Source of the DNA: Mobula hypostoma
Taxonomy: Eukaryota
Direction: 5' to 3'
DNA length: 64,000 bases
NCBI RefSeq assembly: GCF_963921235.1
Contig: NC_086097.1
Coordinates: forward strand, 34,598,001 to 34,662,000
Translations under genes and position numbers: made by a program
Notes under the pieces: model-generated
Told to the model about the DNA's origin: nothing
The model's database searches: none
Seen by the model: only the letters and a program-made list of their open reading frames with translations
In this document: positions 25,609 to 39,403 of the stretch, piece after piece
Layout: the number at the start of each line of letters is the position of its first letter
Position numbering within the stretch: position 1 is the stretch's first letter

Positions 25609-28600
25609 TAACGTTCTTGGTTGTTCACATTGGGCTAATGGCGAGGAAAACTGAACCAATGTTACAGATGGATTGGTCAGTCTGATCTGAAGGTCTAGAA
25701 TTCAGTACTGAGTCCCAAAGGATGCAATGTGCCCCAGTAGAACATGCTTAAATTGGGTTACAGACAGATAAGTCAAAGTGGGATGGAGAATTACTGTAAG
25801 CAAAAGCTAAAGAATAGAAAATGTATAATAAGAAATATTGGTGCTGAGCATGGTGGACAGTATATTGCTCAGTACACAGAGACAGAAGAAGTGTCTAACT
25901 GACATGGTAAGAAGAACGAGGGCAGTATTTGAATGTGTACTTGATCTGCAGAATGTATCTTAAGTAAAGTTGGTAAAGCCATTTATACAACGATTATGGC
26001 ATTATTTTTAAAGCTGGAGATAAAATACATGGGCACCAAAAATTATGTTGAATTTTCATTATTAAACTGAAGATATGCTAAACTCATTGGGAAAACCAAA
26101 TATATTACCAAGTAGTTGCAATGTAGACTCATAGAGCACTACAGCTCAGAAAAAGGGCCCCTGGCCCATCTAGTCTGTGCTGAACTATTATTCTGTCTAG
26201 TCCCATTGACTTGCACTTGGACCAAAGCCCTCCGTACCCCTCCCGTAGATATGCTTATCCAACAGTCTTGTAAATGTTGAAATCAAACCCACATCTACCA
26301 CTTCCACTGGAAGCTCATTCCACACTCTCGCAACCCTCTGAGTTTCACCACATTAAACACAAAAAGAAGCAGAAAGTTATTTCAAAATGACAGAAACTGA
26401 CATGTTTGTTCCTTTTTCGATGGCATATAATGCCCTTCCCCCACCACCTTAGAAGGAATCAACATTTTTCTAAATGTTGTACAACAAAAAAAGTTCTTCC
26501 TGTATCCTGTAATGAGTGCTCAGAAGCAATTCCTTCACATTTTCTGTTTTACAGTCACATTTTCTGTTTTACAGTGACAGTAATTGATGTCCCTCAAATG
26601 ATGTCTGTTTTGTATTGGTCTGTGTCACCTGGTTTTTTTCACCACAAGTGCCTTCTTTCACTTCCTGACATGAGCAAATTTGATACAAACTCAGGCTCTA
26701 ACTTGATGGATACATTTACTTTTCCACTTGAGGACCTCAGTAATGATAGCCTAAGAAAAACAAATTTACCTCCATTTTTTATTTTCATATATTAAGGCTA
26801 GTTACAATATCCAACAGTGAAAATTGTAATGTACGTCCATAATTTGCATAGTTCATTACCGTCTTTTGTGCCTATGCACAAATGCTAGAACTTCAGATTT
26901 CAATATACTTACTCGAGTTGCAAACCTACAGGAACTACTTTGCTTTCCAATTCATCTTTCGAATGGATTTACCTAACCAATCAAATTATTGTGTCACCTT
27001 AGGCCATTTACTGCAGCAAAGAAAGTCACAAAGGAAAGCTCAGGCTAGAGTAGTGTTCTCCTGTCCATGTGGTATTAATCTTGTAAATTATTTGTTTGCT
27101 CATTACTCAGCTTTGCTGTGATGTGTCAAGCAAGGTCTCTGGCCAAAAGAATGGGCAACAAAGCATTTTATGGGTTTTAAAAAGATGTGGAGCTTCAGTG
27201 CAATTTTTTTTATTCTGGATGAGTTTACGATTTAATTCTACCACCGCTTTCTACATCCCAGAATTAAGATTTTTTTTTAAGCAGAGTTTGCCATTGTGGA
27301 TATGCTGGTTATGAATTTACACTCGGAATTCTGTTTATTATTCGATGAAACTTGACAAGCACAGTACGATTATTCTCGGTAACACACACAAAATACTGGA
27401 GCATCTCAGTAGGCCAGGCAGCATCTATGGAAGAGAGTAAACAGTCGATGTTTCAGGCCGAGACATGATTATTCTCAAACTGTTTTTGTCCTTCAGCGGC
27501 ATCGCCTATTTCAGTTTCTGTAAACAAAAGGTGTAAAGTGTGACTGAGGTTTATAATTCAGGAATAGATTGAATGAACTAATTTTAATTGGACTGATAAG
27601 TAACAGTATTTAATGATCTTGTTTGTGTGACAATGTGAGCAGCAGTCCACAGAGGGAGAGGATAGTGATCCTAGGTTACATTACAAATAGACTACCTGGT
27701 CTTTTTCCACGTTATTGTGGGTATTCAACTACTTTTCAATCTCTGGTTTTAAAAAGGGGATGTATTTGAATCGTCCACAATTTCATCACGCACAATTGTT
27801 TTTCTATAATTACTGGAATACATCAAGATTGTCTGCTCTGTTGTCATGACAAAGTAACTAGCTGCACTACTCGACGAACTCAACAAGTCAAGCAATATCC
27901 TGAATTCACACAGTTTATTTTAATACTCTAGATTTTGTCATATGCAGACTCCTGTGTCTACAAAGTGATAGAATGTCTGCAGAAATATGAAACAAAGTCA
28001 CTTAACCTGTCTTGATGAAGGGTCTCAGCCCTAGCCATCGACTGTATTCCCCTCAATGCTGCCCAACTTGCTGAGTTCCTCCAGTACTTTGTGTGATTTT
28101 GAAAGTACCTGCATTTTTTGGGGGATTAACCCTTCATGGAGATTGTTCAGTATGGATTCTATGGTATTTACTTCACACTTGTAAATTTCAGTAAATTATT
28201 AGAGTATTTTTTGGAATTTCCTGATTGTACTTTGTGCTACTTCACAGACCAAGAAGAATCTAGTTTCAGTTCCTCATTTACTTACCCGTGATCTGAGCTG
28301 GGGCTGATGTTATGGTCCTCCAAATGGGAAAGTGAAAGAGCAGTCAGGTTGCGAACCTGGTCACCCTCTGTAGAAGTTCACATTTTGGATACAGAACTGC
28401 AATTGACAGTGCTGGTTTGATCATGTTTGCCACTTGCTACATGATAATTCAGTTCAGTCAATGTTTTCAGGAAGGAAGAATATGCATTATGACACATGTC
28501 AAGGACAATCTGCAATAAAGTAGCAGTCCCATGCAAGCACTGCAGTACGTGCTGCTCAGCAGGTGCATGAGTATGAGTCATTAGCTGTGGACTGTAATGC

Positions 28601-28894
28601 TAGCAATTTGGATTGCAGCAGCTCTTCAACAAATTTTCCAGCATAGTTTCCCTTGAAGTTTGCCTTCCTTGTTCGATGCAGCGCAAAGCAAGACTGTTTA
28701 GATCTGCTCATCACATCTATCAGCACATATAATCGACACACTCTGCAGGTGGGAATTTTACAAAGGAAGATGAAAACATACAAAATAAAAACAGTAGAAG
28801 GAAATGGGGGGGCGGAATCCACTTTATTGATTGATGAATATAATTGTAAACATGCTGGATATGTTTTAACAATATAATATTAATTTTATTTTAG

Positions 28895-29027
28895 GATTTG
28901 TACGAGGAGCAGAAAACTCAGAAGTGGCCACATCCCAAAATGAAACTACAGATACTTCAAGAACTATTGTAGCTGAAACTCCCACAGTGGAGGAACTCCG
29001 AAGACGGAGACAAGTGTACTTTGAGAG
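28895..29027 (+). CDS. ATXN3: Ataxin-3 coding exon (exon 9 equivalent; VCP-binding motif)
   Basis: Acceptor ttttag|GA, donor AG|gttag; phase 1 to 2. Encodes FVRGAENSEVATSQNETTDTSRTIVAETPTVEELRRRRQVYFE(R), compared with human SEELRKRREAYFEK. Confidence 0.93.
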
Positions 29028-29162
29028 GTTAGCAAACCATAAACTTGTACTGCTGCAGCTTTCAGTATGAGAAAGCAATTCTTAGACACTTCCTCATATT
29101 TACCAATTGAAGAGGACCCCTCTCTGGACCATCGGTCTCCAACTGCCTCCAGCACCATCGCC

Positions 29163-32083
29163 AGCAAGAGACGGAAGAAAGGGCTGTTGGCTCACAAATA
29201 GAGAAAGCTTGGAGACAGTGCAAGAGGGAGGATAGGCAGGTGACAGAGAAGGAACGCACTCAGACTGATGGTTTGAGATGTGTCTATTTTAATGCAAGAA
29301 GCATCATGAACAAACCGGACGAGCTTAGAGCGTGGATCAGTACTTGGAACTATGATGTTGTGGCCATTATAGAGACTTGGATGGCTCAGGGGCAGGAATG
29401 GTTACTCAGAGTGCCAGGCTTTAGATGTTTCAGAAAGGACAGGGAGGAAGGCAAAAGAGGTGGGGGCGTGGCATTGCTGATCAGAGATAGTGTCATGGCT
29501 GCAGAAAAGGAGGAAGTCATGGAGGGATTGTCTACTGCATCTCTGTGGGTGTTTTTAAATAGGCCACCCAATAGTAATAGACATCAAGGAGCAGATAGGG
29601 CGACAGATTCTGGAAAGGTGTAATAACAACAGGGCTGTCGTGGTGGGAGATTTTAATTTCCCAAATATTGATTGGCATCTCCCTAGAGCAAGGGGTTTAG
29701 GTGGGGTAGAGTTTGCTAGGTGTGTTCAGGAAGGTTTCCTGACACAATATGTAGATAAGCCAACAAGAGGAGAAGCTTGGCATTGGGAAATGAACCTGGT
29801 CAGGTGTCAGGTCTCTCAGTGGGAGAGCATTTCGGAGATAGTGATCACAATTCTATCTCCTTTACCATAGCATTGGAGAGGAATAGGAACAGACAAGTCA
29901 GGAAAGTGCTTAATTGCAGTTAGGGGAAATATGAAGCTATCAGGCAGGAACTCAGAAGCATAAATTGGGAGCAGATGTTCTCAGGGAAATGTACAGCAGA
30001 AATGTGGCAAATGATCAGGGGATATTTGCGTGGCGTTCTGCATAGGTACATTCCAATGAGACAGGGAAAGGATGGTAGGGTACAGGAACCGTGGTGTACA
30101 AAGGCTGCTCAAAATCGAGTCAAGAAGAAACAAAAAGTTTATGAAAGGTTCAAAAAACTAGGTAATGACAGAGATCTAGAAGATTCTAAGGCTAGCAGGA
30201 AGGAGCTTAAGAATGAAATTAGGAAAGCCAGAAGGGGCCATGAGAAGGCCTTGGCAAGCAGGATTAAGGAAAGCCCCAAGGCATTCTACAAGTATGTGAA
30301 GAGCAAGAGGATAAGAAATGAGAGAATAGGACCAATCAAGAATGACAGTGGAAAAGTGTGTATGGAACCGGAGGAGTTAGCGGAGATACTTAATGAATAC
30401 TTTGCTTCAGTATTCACTACGGAAAAGAATCTTGGCAGTTGTAGAGATGAATTACAGAAGATTGAAAAGCCTAAGCTTATAGACATAAAGAATAAGGATG
30501 TGGTGGAGCTTTGGAAAGCATCAAGTTGGATAAGTTTTCAGGACCGGATGAAATGTACCCCAGATTACTATGGGAGGCAAGGGAGGATATTGCTGAGCCT
30601 CTGGCAATGATCTTTGCATTATCAATGGGGACGGGAGAGGTTCCAGAGGATTGGAGGGCTGCAGATATTGTTCCCTTATTCAAGAAAGGGAGTAGACATA
30701 GCCCAGGAAATTATAGGCCAATGAGTCTTACTTCAGTGGTTGGTAAGTTGATGGGGAAGATCCTGAGAGGCAGGATTTATGAACATTTGGAGAGGCATAA
30801 TATGATTAGGAATAGTCAGCATGGCTTTGTCAAAGGCAGGTCGTGCCTTATAAGCCTGATTGAGTAATTTTTTGAAGATGTGACTAAACACATTGATGAA
30901 GGAAGAGCAGTATATGTAGTGTATATGGATTTCAGCAAGGCATTTGATAAGGTACCCCATGCAAGGCTTATTGAGAAAGTAAGGAGGCATGGGATCCAAG
31001 GGGACATTGCTTTGTGGATCCAGAACTGGCTTGCCCACAGAAGGCAAAGAGTGGTTGTAGACAGGTCATATTCTGCATGGAGGCCAGTGACCAGTGGTGT
31101 GCCTCAGGGCTGTTCTGGGACCCCTTCTCTACGTGATTTTTATAAATGACCTGGTTGAGGAAGTGGAGGGGTGGTTTGGTAATTTGCTGATTACACAAAA
31201 GTTGGAGGTGTTGTGGATAGTGTGGAGGGCTGTCAGAGGTTACAGCGGGACATTGATAGGATGCAAAACTGGGCTGAGAAGTGGCAGATGGAGTTCAACC
31301 CAGATAAGTGTGAGGTGGTTCATTTTGGTAGGTCAAATATAATGGCAGAATATAGTATTAATGGTAAGACTCTTGGTAGTGTGGAGGATTTGAGGGAACT
31401 TGGGGTCCGAGTCCATAGGACACTCAAAGCTGCTGCGCAGGTTGATTCTGTGGTTGAGAAGGCATATGGTGTATTGGACTTCATCAATCGTGGGAATGCG
31501 TTTAAGAGCCGAGAGGTAATGTTACAACTGTGTAGGACCCTGGTCGGACCCCAGTTGGAGTACTCTGTTCAGTTCTGGTTACCTCACTACAGGAAGGATG
31601 TGGAAACTATAGAAAGAATGCAGAGGAAATTTACAAGGATGTTGCCTGGATTGGGGAGCATGCCTTATGAGAATAGGTTGAGTGAACTTGGCCTTTTCTC
31701 CTTGGAGTGACGGAAGATGAGAGGTGACCTGATAGAGGTGTATAAGATGATGAGAGGCACTGATCATGTGGATAGTCAGAGGCTTTTTCCCAGGGCTGAA
31801 ACGGCTAACACGAGAGGGTAGTTTTAAGGTGCTTGGAAGTAGGTACAGAGGAGATGTCAGGGGTAAAGTTTTTACTCAGAGAGTGGTGAGTGTGTGGAAT
31901 GGGCTGCCGGCAACGGTGGTGGAGGCGGATATGATAGGGTCTTTTAGACTTTTGGATAGGTACATGAAGCTTAGAAAAATAGAGGGCTATGGGTAACTCT
32001 AGTAATTTCTAAGGCAGGAACATGTTCGGCGCAACTTTGTGGGCCAAAGGCCCTGTATAGTGCTGTGGGTTTTCTAAGTTTCT
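29163..32083 (+). mobile_element. CR1 LINE with near-complete but disrupted ORF2 (APE endonuclease + RT), inserted in a Penelope element
   Basis: YFNARSI, VGDFNFPNIDW, YMDFSKAFDKVPH and SGVPQG motifs with frameshifts and stops; ends tttctaagtttct. Confidence 0.95.
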
Positions 32084-34005
32084 TTGACTCTGGAGAACTC
32101 CCATCCACTATCATTAAACTTATAGTTCCCTTACCCCACACTGCTCGCTTCTACTCCTACCCAAGATCAACAAACTGGACTGTTCAGAGAGGCCTCTTGT
32201 CTCTGCCCCACTGAACCCGTGTCTTCATACTTCGACTCCGTTCTATCTTCCTTTGCACCTACATCTGCAACCTCTCATGCCCTCGATCTCCTCAGTAACT
32301 TTCAATTCCCTGGCCCAGACTGCCTTATTTTCAGCATGCATGTTCAGTCCCTGTAGACTTCTGTATCCCATCAAGAAGGCCTCAAAGCTTTCCGCTTCTT
32401 TCTTGACAAAAGAACCAAGCAATTTCCCTCCACCAGCCCCCTCCTTTGCCTTACAGAACTGGTCGTCACCCACAACAATTTTTCCTTCAGCTCCTCCCAC
32501 TTTCTGCAAACTCGAGGAGTAGCCATGGGCACCCGTATGGGCCTCAGTTATGCCTGCCTTTTTGTTGGCTACGTAGTACAGTTCATGTTCAAAGCATGCC
32601 CCGGCAACACTCCCCAATTCTTCCACCACTGCATTGATGACTGAATTGATGCTGCTTCATGCACCCATGCTGAGCTTGTCAATTTCATCAACTTTGTCTC
32701 TAACTTCCACCCTGTCCTTAAATTCACTTGTTGCATCTCTGACACTCCCTTCCCCTTCTTGATCTCTCTATCTCCATATCTGGAGACAAACTGTCTAAGT
32801 CTACTGTTTCCCATGGTTATCTTGACTATACCTCTTCCCACCCTATCTCTTGTAAAAATGCTATTTCCTGTTCTGGTTCCTTGGCCTCCACAACATATGT
32901 TCCCAGAATGAGGCTTTCCTTTCCAGGATATATGAGATGTCCTCCACTTTCAAAGAATGGGGTTTCCCTCCCTCCGCTATTGATGCTGTCCTCACTTTAT
33001 CTACTCCATTTCTCAAACATTCATGCCCACCCCATCTTCCCACCACCTTAACAGTGATAGAGTTCCTCTGGTCCCTACCAACCAACCCATGAGCCTCTGC
33101 AACTTCCTTGATCTTCAAAAGGGGATCCCACCACTAAACATATTTTTATCCACCCCCTGCCTCCACTTTCCACATGGATCGTTCCCTCCACCATTCCCTT
33201 GTCCATTCGTCCCACCCCACTAATCTCCCTCCTGGCACTTATCCCTGGAAGCGGCCCAAATGCTACACTTACCCAAACGCCTCTTCCATTCAGGGCACCA
33301 AACAGTCCTTCCAGGTGAACCAACACTTCACCTGCGAGATGGCTGGGGTTGTCTATTGTGTCCGGTGCTCCCGATGCAGTCTCCACTACATTGGTGAGAC
33401 CCATCAGGAATTGTGGGGACCACTTCGTCGAGCACAACCACTCCATCCAAGTGGAACTTCCTAGTGGCCAGTCATTTAAATTCTGATTCCTGATACAATA
33501 TGTTGGTCTATGGCCTACTCTTGTGCCAAGATGAGGCCACACTAAAGATGCAGTAGCAACACCTTATATTCTGTCTAGGTAGTCTCCAAACTGATGGCAT
33601 GATGATGGATTTTTCCTTTGCGTGAAAGAAACTTCCACCCCTCCCCCCTCTTCACTCCGATCTTTTACCTCTTCTCACCTGCCTATCACTATCCCCTGGA
33701 TCTCTTCCTCCTTCCCCTTCTCCTATGGTCCACTCTCCTCTCCTATCAGATTCCTTCTTCTCCAGCCCCTTACCTTTCCCATCTACCTGGCTTCACCTAT
33801 CACCTCTCACCTAGCCTCCTTCCTCTACCCCCACCTTTTTATTCTGGCATCTTCCCCGTTCCTTTCCAGTCCTGATGAAGGGTCTCGACCTGAAATGTCT
33901 ACTGTTTCTTCATTTCCATGGCTGCTGCCTGATCTGCTGAGTTCCTCCAGCAGTTTGTGTGTTGCTTTGGATTTCCAGCTTCTGCAGCCTTTCTCAAGTT
34001 TCTTA
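32084..34005 (+). mobile_element. Decayed Penelope-like element (RT, GIY-YIG, pLTR); its 5' piece lies at about 29074-29160
   Basis: GVAMGTRMGLSYACLFVGY, HCIDD and VVYCVRCSRCSLHYIGET motifs; hammerhead at 33867-33904. Confidence 0.92.
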
Positions 34006-34445
34006 CATACAGTATGATTTACCATCCGTAATAAAATACACAACTTTTATACTAGCAAGATTGATTTTCAAAAACCACTTCATCTCCTTTATCTCTCTTT
34101 AGGATGAAGAATTACAAAGATTCATAGTCTCTGAATGAATTTGTCTTTTTGTCTTGGTTTCAAGTAGCTAAACCTTTGTTCTGACTTGTCAGAGAGAGTA
34201 ACTTTCTTCTACCCTACCAAATGCTTTATAATCTTAGGTAGTTTGATGAGGTCTTCATTATTCTGAACTGTAGATGTGATGTACCCAGATCTACTGGTTC
34301 TCTTTAAAAAGGATAACCTGTTCATCACTATGTTAGTCTAATAAACCCATCACCCTCTCTCTACATCATCAGGGATGATTTCTTAAAAGTCCAAATAAGT
34401 ACAGTAGAACTTCTTTATTATAAAGTGGCTAGAGTGTGAGAGTAA

Positions 34446-35208
34446 AGGCTGATTTACACTTGTGCGTCAAATGTACGCCGTAGGTACAGCATAGCCATGA
34501 ACCCTACGCTGTTCTCTACGCAAACCCTATGCCGTAGCCTAACACTCACCTCTCCCAATATGTAACTACGCGTTGCGGCAACGCAGACCGAAACAACTGT
34601 GATTGGTCCGCTTGGTAGTATTGCATTTCCTCCTACACTGCAGTAGCTTAACATTGGGTGACTGAAGGGCAGGAAAGGAAATCTGGCTGCAATGCTTTCC
34701 ATAAAGATTTACAGACCTCCGAAATTATGGAGGACACATTTCGCTTTTACGAAAGACCTACATTAGTACCTGTTTTCATTAACCGAAAGAGGATTTTCGC
34801 TTTTACGAAAAAAGACACTCGCTTTAAACTTGTTTACCCCAAGAAAGACTACCATGACCATGAAGCCTTGTGCAGGCAGGTGTGTGCGCATGCATGACGT
34901 GCCAATTTTTTTTCAACAAATCGATTTTGACTCAAAATTCTTGATTCTGTTAAGTGATATTACACTGTACATAACAGAAAATTCACCCTCCTTCAGTTTC
35001 AGTCGCCATTGTTTGAGTTTCTTCATGTTGAGTTTTAACACGAAGAAACTCAACACAGTGGCATAGAAACCCCACCGTCAACTAGCGTTTTGGCGGTGAA
35101 TTGCAGAGCGCCGCAGACACACCAACGCACAATATAAATGCTCACAATGGTGTAGCCTACTTGCGTAGGCTACGGCGTAAGCTAGTACACACAAGTATAA
35201 ATCAGCCT
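34446..35208. mobile_element. PIF/Harbinger-type MITE (763 bp)
   Basis: TIRs AGGCTGATTTAYACTTGTGYGT, TAA duplicated at 34443-34445 and 35209-35211, subterminal inverted tacgccgtag, no ORF. Confidence 0.88.
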
Positions 35209-35669
35209 TAAAGGCAAATGCATCATTTTCCTCTCTAATAGATGGTCGAGCTCTAGTGAGCAATAAATTGTGTGGAAGTATTCTTGGATCCCTTTGAAAA
35301 CCCTTAAAAATTGTACCAAAATGAGTATCATATTTTATCCATGCTTACTCTGCCCTGCTTTTCCCACTCAGTTAACATTTTTATTTCTCTTTTATTCACT
35401 CTTCTTACTGTAATTTTGTATTGACCTTTCTATTGTCATCAAAATCATTTCTTACATCAAAGTTACTTGTATAGGTTGGTGATAACTAAGGCTCCCACTC
35501 TCACTCATCATTGGGAACAACCTGACAGAATCATAGAATGGTTACTGTACAGAAACATTTTAGTAAATCCAAATCACCAGGTGTTTCCATAAAAACTAAC
35601 CCATTACACACTAAAAGCTGTCTGCGAGTTTGTGATTTACCTACAGCTTTCAATGAAGAACATCAATAC

Positions 35670-35985
35670 TTAAGACTGTGTGGCTAAGCACAGCTCCAAT
35701 GCCCTGTTCAAGTTTGCTGTTGACACCACTGTCGTTGGCCGAATCAAACGTGGTGATAAATCAGCATCTAGGAGGGAGATTGAAAACTGTCTGAGTGGAG
35801 TCATAACAACAACCTGTCACTCAATGTCAGCAAGGCCAAAGAACTGATTATAGACTTCTGGAGGGGAAAACCAGAGGTCCATGAGCCAGTCCTCAATGGA
35901 GGATCACAGGTGGAGGGGGTTAGCAACTTTAAATTCCTAGGTGTTACTATTTCAGAGGACCTGTCTTGGGCCCAACGTGTAAGTC
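35670..35985 (+). mobile_element. Rex1/Babar RT fragment
   Basis: FKFAVDTTVVGRI, LSLNVSKAKELIIDF and VSNFKFLGVTISEDLSW motifs. Confidence 0.85.
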
Positions 35986-38900
35986 TGCTCAGCCATTTCA
36001 TCATGGCTGATCCAATTCTCCTCTCAGCCCCAATCTTCTGCCTTCTCCCTGTCTCCCTCTGTATCCCTTCATGCCCTGACCAATCAAGAATACATCAACC
36101 TCTGCCTTAGATGTACATAAAGACTTGGCCTCCACAGCTGCCTGTGGCAAAGAATTCCACAGATTCACTACTCTCTGGGTAAAGAAATTCCTCCTCATCT
36201 CCATTTCAGAAGGATGCCCCTCTATTCTGAGGCTGTGTCCTCTGGTCTTAGACTCCCCACCACAGGAAACATCATCTCCACATTCACTCTATCAGGGCCT
36301 TGCACCAATCATAGGTTTCAATGAGGTCACCGCTCAATCTTCCAAATTCCAGTGAATATAACCCCAGAGCCATTAAATACTCTTCATGACAAGCCATTCA
36401 ATCTTGGAATCATTTTCGTGAAGCTCCTTTGAACCCTCTCCAGTTTCAGCACATTCTTTCCTATGATAAGGTGCCCAAGTGCTCATAATACTCCCGTAAT
36501 ACATCCTTGTTTTTGATATTCTAGCCCTCTTGAAATGAATTCTAACATTGCATTTGCCTTCCTCACCACAACTCAACCTGAAAATTAACCTTTAGGGAAT
36601 CCTGCACAAGGACTCTCAAGTTCCTTTGCACCTCCATTTTTTTGTATTTTCTCTCCATTTAGAAATTGTAAACCCTTCCACTTCTTCTAACAAAGTCCAT
36701 GACCATACACTTCCTGACACTGTATTCTATCTGCCATTTCTTTGCCCATTCTCCAAATCTGTCTAACTCCTTCTGTAGTCTCTCTACTTCCTCAAAACTA
36801 CCTGCCCCTCCACCTATCTTCATAACGTCTGCAACATTTGCAAGAGAACCATCAATTCCATCATCTGAACCATTGATATATAATGTAAAAAGAACTGATC
36901 CCAAAACAGACCACTGTGGAACACCACTAGTCACTGGCAGCCAGCCAGAAAAGGTTTCCCTTATTCCCGCTCTTTGCCACCTGCCAGTCAGCCACTGTTT
37001 TATCCATGCTAGAATCCTTCCTGTAATACCATGGGCTCATAGCTCATGTGTGCAACCTTGTCAAAGCCCTTCTGAAAATACAAGTACACACATCAACCAA
37101 TTGTCTATCCTGCTTGCTATTTCTTCAAAGGATTCCAACAGATTTGTCAGGCAAGATTTTCCCTTGAGGAAACCATGCTGACTACAGTCTATTTTATCAT
37201 GTGCCTCCAAGTACTGTGAGACCACATACTTGATAATCCACTCTAACATCTTCCCAACCACTGAGGTCAGACTAACTGGCCTATAGGTTCCTTTCTTCTG
37301 CATCTCTCCCCTCTTAAAGAGTGGAATGACATTTGCAATTTTCAAGTCTTCTGGAACCATTCCAGAATCTAGTGATTCTTGAAAGATCTAATGCCTCCAC
37401 AATCTCTTCAGCCACCTCTTTCAGAACTTTGGGATGTACACCATCTGGTACAGGTGACTTATCTACCTTCAGACCTTTCAGTTTCCCAAGATCCTGCTCT
37501 CTAATTATGGCATCTTCACACACTTCATGACTCCTGACACCTGGAACTTCCACCATACTGCTAGTGTCTTCCACAGTGAAGACTGATGCAAAATACTTGT
37601 TCAGTTCATCTGCCATTTCCTTGACCCCCTTACTACCTTTCCACCATCATTTTCCAGCGGTCCAATATCCACTCTTGCCTCTCTTTTACAAGTTATACAT
37701 CTAAGGAAACTTCTGGTATCCTCTTTAATATTAAATGCTAGCTTACATTCATATTCCATCTTTATCTTCATAATTACTTTTTTAGTTGCCTTCTGTTGGT
37801 TTTTAAAAGCTTCCCAATCATCTAACTTCCCACTAATTTTTGATCTATTATATGCCCTTTCTTTGACTTTTATGTTGGCTTTGACTTCTCTTGTTAGCCA
37901 TCTTCTCTTGTCATCTTTCCTTTAGGAAACTACTTCTTCTTTGGGATGTATATATCGTGTGCTTTCCAAATTGCTTCCAGAAATTCCAGCCATAGCTGCT
38001 ATGCCATCATCCCTGCCAATGTTCTTTTCCAATCAATTCTAGCCAACTCCTCTCTCAAGCTTCTGCAGTTCCTTTTACTCCACTGTAATAGTGATACAAC
38101 TGACTTTAGCTTCTCCTACTCAAATTTTAGGGGTGAATTTGATCATATGGATCCCCTAAGCTCTCTAATCAATTCCAGTTCATTGCATAAGACTCAATCT
38201 AGAATAGCTGATCCCCTAGTTGGCTCAACCATGAGCTGCTCAAAAAAGCCATCTTGAAGGCATTCAGAAATTCTTGCTCCCGGGATTCAGCTCTAACCTG
38301 ATTTTCCCAGTCTACCTGCGTATTGAAATACCCCATGACCATTGTAACATTGCCCTTTTGGGATGCATTGTCTATCTCCCGTTGTAATTTGTTGGCCACA
38401 TTCTGTCTACTGTTTGAGAGTCTATATACAACTCCCAACAGGGTGTTTCTATCCTTGCAGTTCCTTAGTCCTATCCACAATGGTTCAATACCTTCTGACC
38501 CTGTCACCTCTTTCTGATAATTTGACTTCATTCTTTACCAACAGAGCAACGCTGCCTCCTCTGCCTTCCTGCCTGTCCTTTCGATACAAATATATATCTT
38601 TAGACATTAAGTTCCCTGCTATAATCATCTTTCAGTGATGCCTACAACAACATACCTGCCAATCTGCAACTGTGCTGCAAGTTCATCTACCTTATTCTGT
38701 AAGCTGAAGCATTCAGATATAACACTTTCAGTCCTGTATTCACCCTTTTCAATTTTGTGCACCTTCTACACTGCAAATCATCATTTTTGCCCTGTCAAGC
38801 CTCTCCTCACTACACATTGCCTCCGTTTGCAAACCAGCTACCTTAATCTTCAGCACTATTATCCGCTTTTCCTACGAATACTTCCTGCATTGAAAGATAT

Positions 38901-39320
38901 ACAGCTCAGGACACTAATCGCACCATGCTCAACCTTTTGATTCCTAACTCTGTCTGAGGTCTCACTAACCTCTCCACTAACTGTCCTGGCACTCTGCTTC
39001 CTATCCTTCTAAAACTCTAGTTTAAACCCCACCGTGCAGCATTAACAAACCTTCTCACTAGGAGATTAATCCTCCTTCAGTTCAGGTGCAAACCGTTCCT
39101 TCTGTACACATCCCACCTTCCCTGGAAGGAAGACCAGTGATTCCAAAATCTTCTGCACTCCCTCCTACACCAACTCCGTAGCCAAGTGTTAAACTGTATA
39201 ATCTTCCTAGTTCTGGCCTCACTACCACATTGCATGGGTAGCACCCTGAGACCACAACCCTGGAGGTTCTGCCCTTTAACTTAGCAACTGCCTGAACTCC
39301 TTATGCACAACCTTGGCCAT
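35986..39320 (-). mobile_element. Long decayed CR1 LINE (ORF1 remnant, ORF2, 3' UTR)
   Basis: LGVVYR, ADELNKYFASVFT, SQHGFLKGKSCLTNLL, SGVPQWSVLG and RRNFFTQRVVNLWNSLP on the minus strand. Confidence 0.93.
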
Positions 39321-39403
39321 TGTGACGATGGTCGCTGCGCTTGCCCCTGCCTTCCTTTTACTTACTGTTGCTAACCAATCCCAAACTGCGATTGCTCGCT
39401 GGT

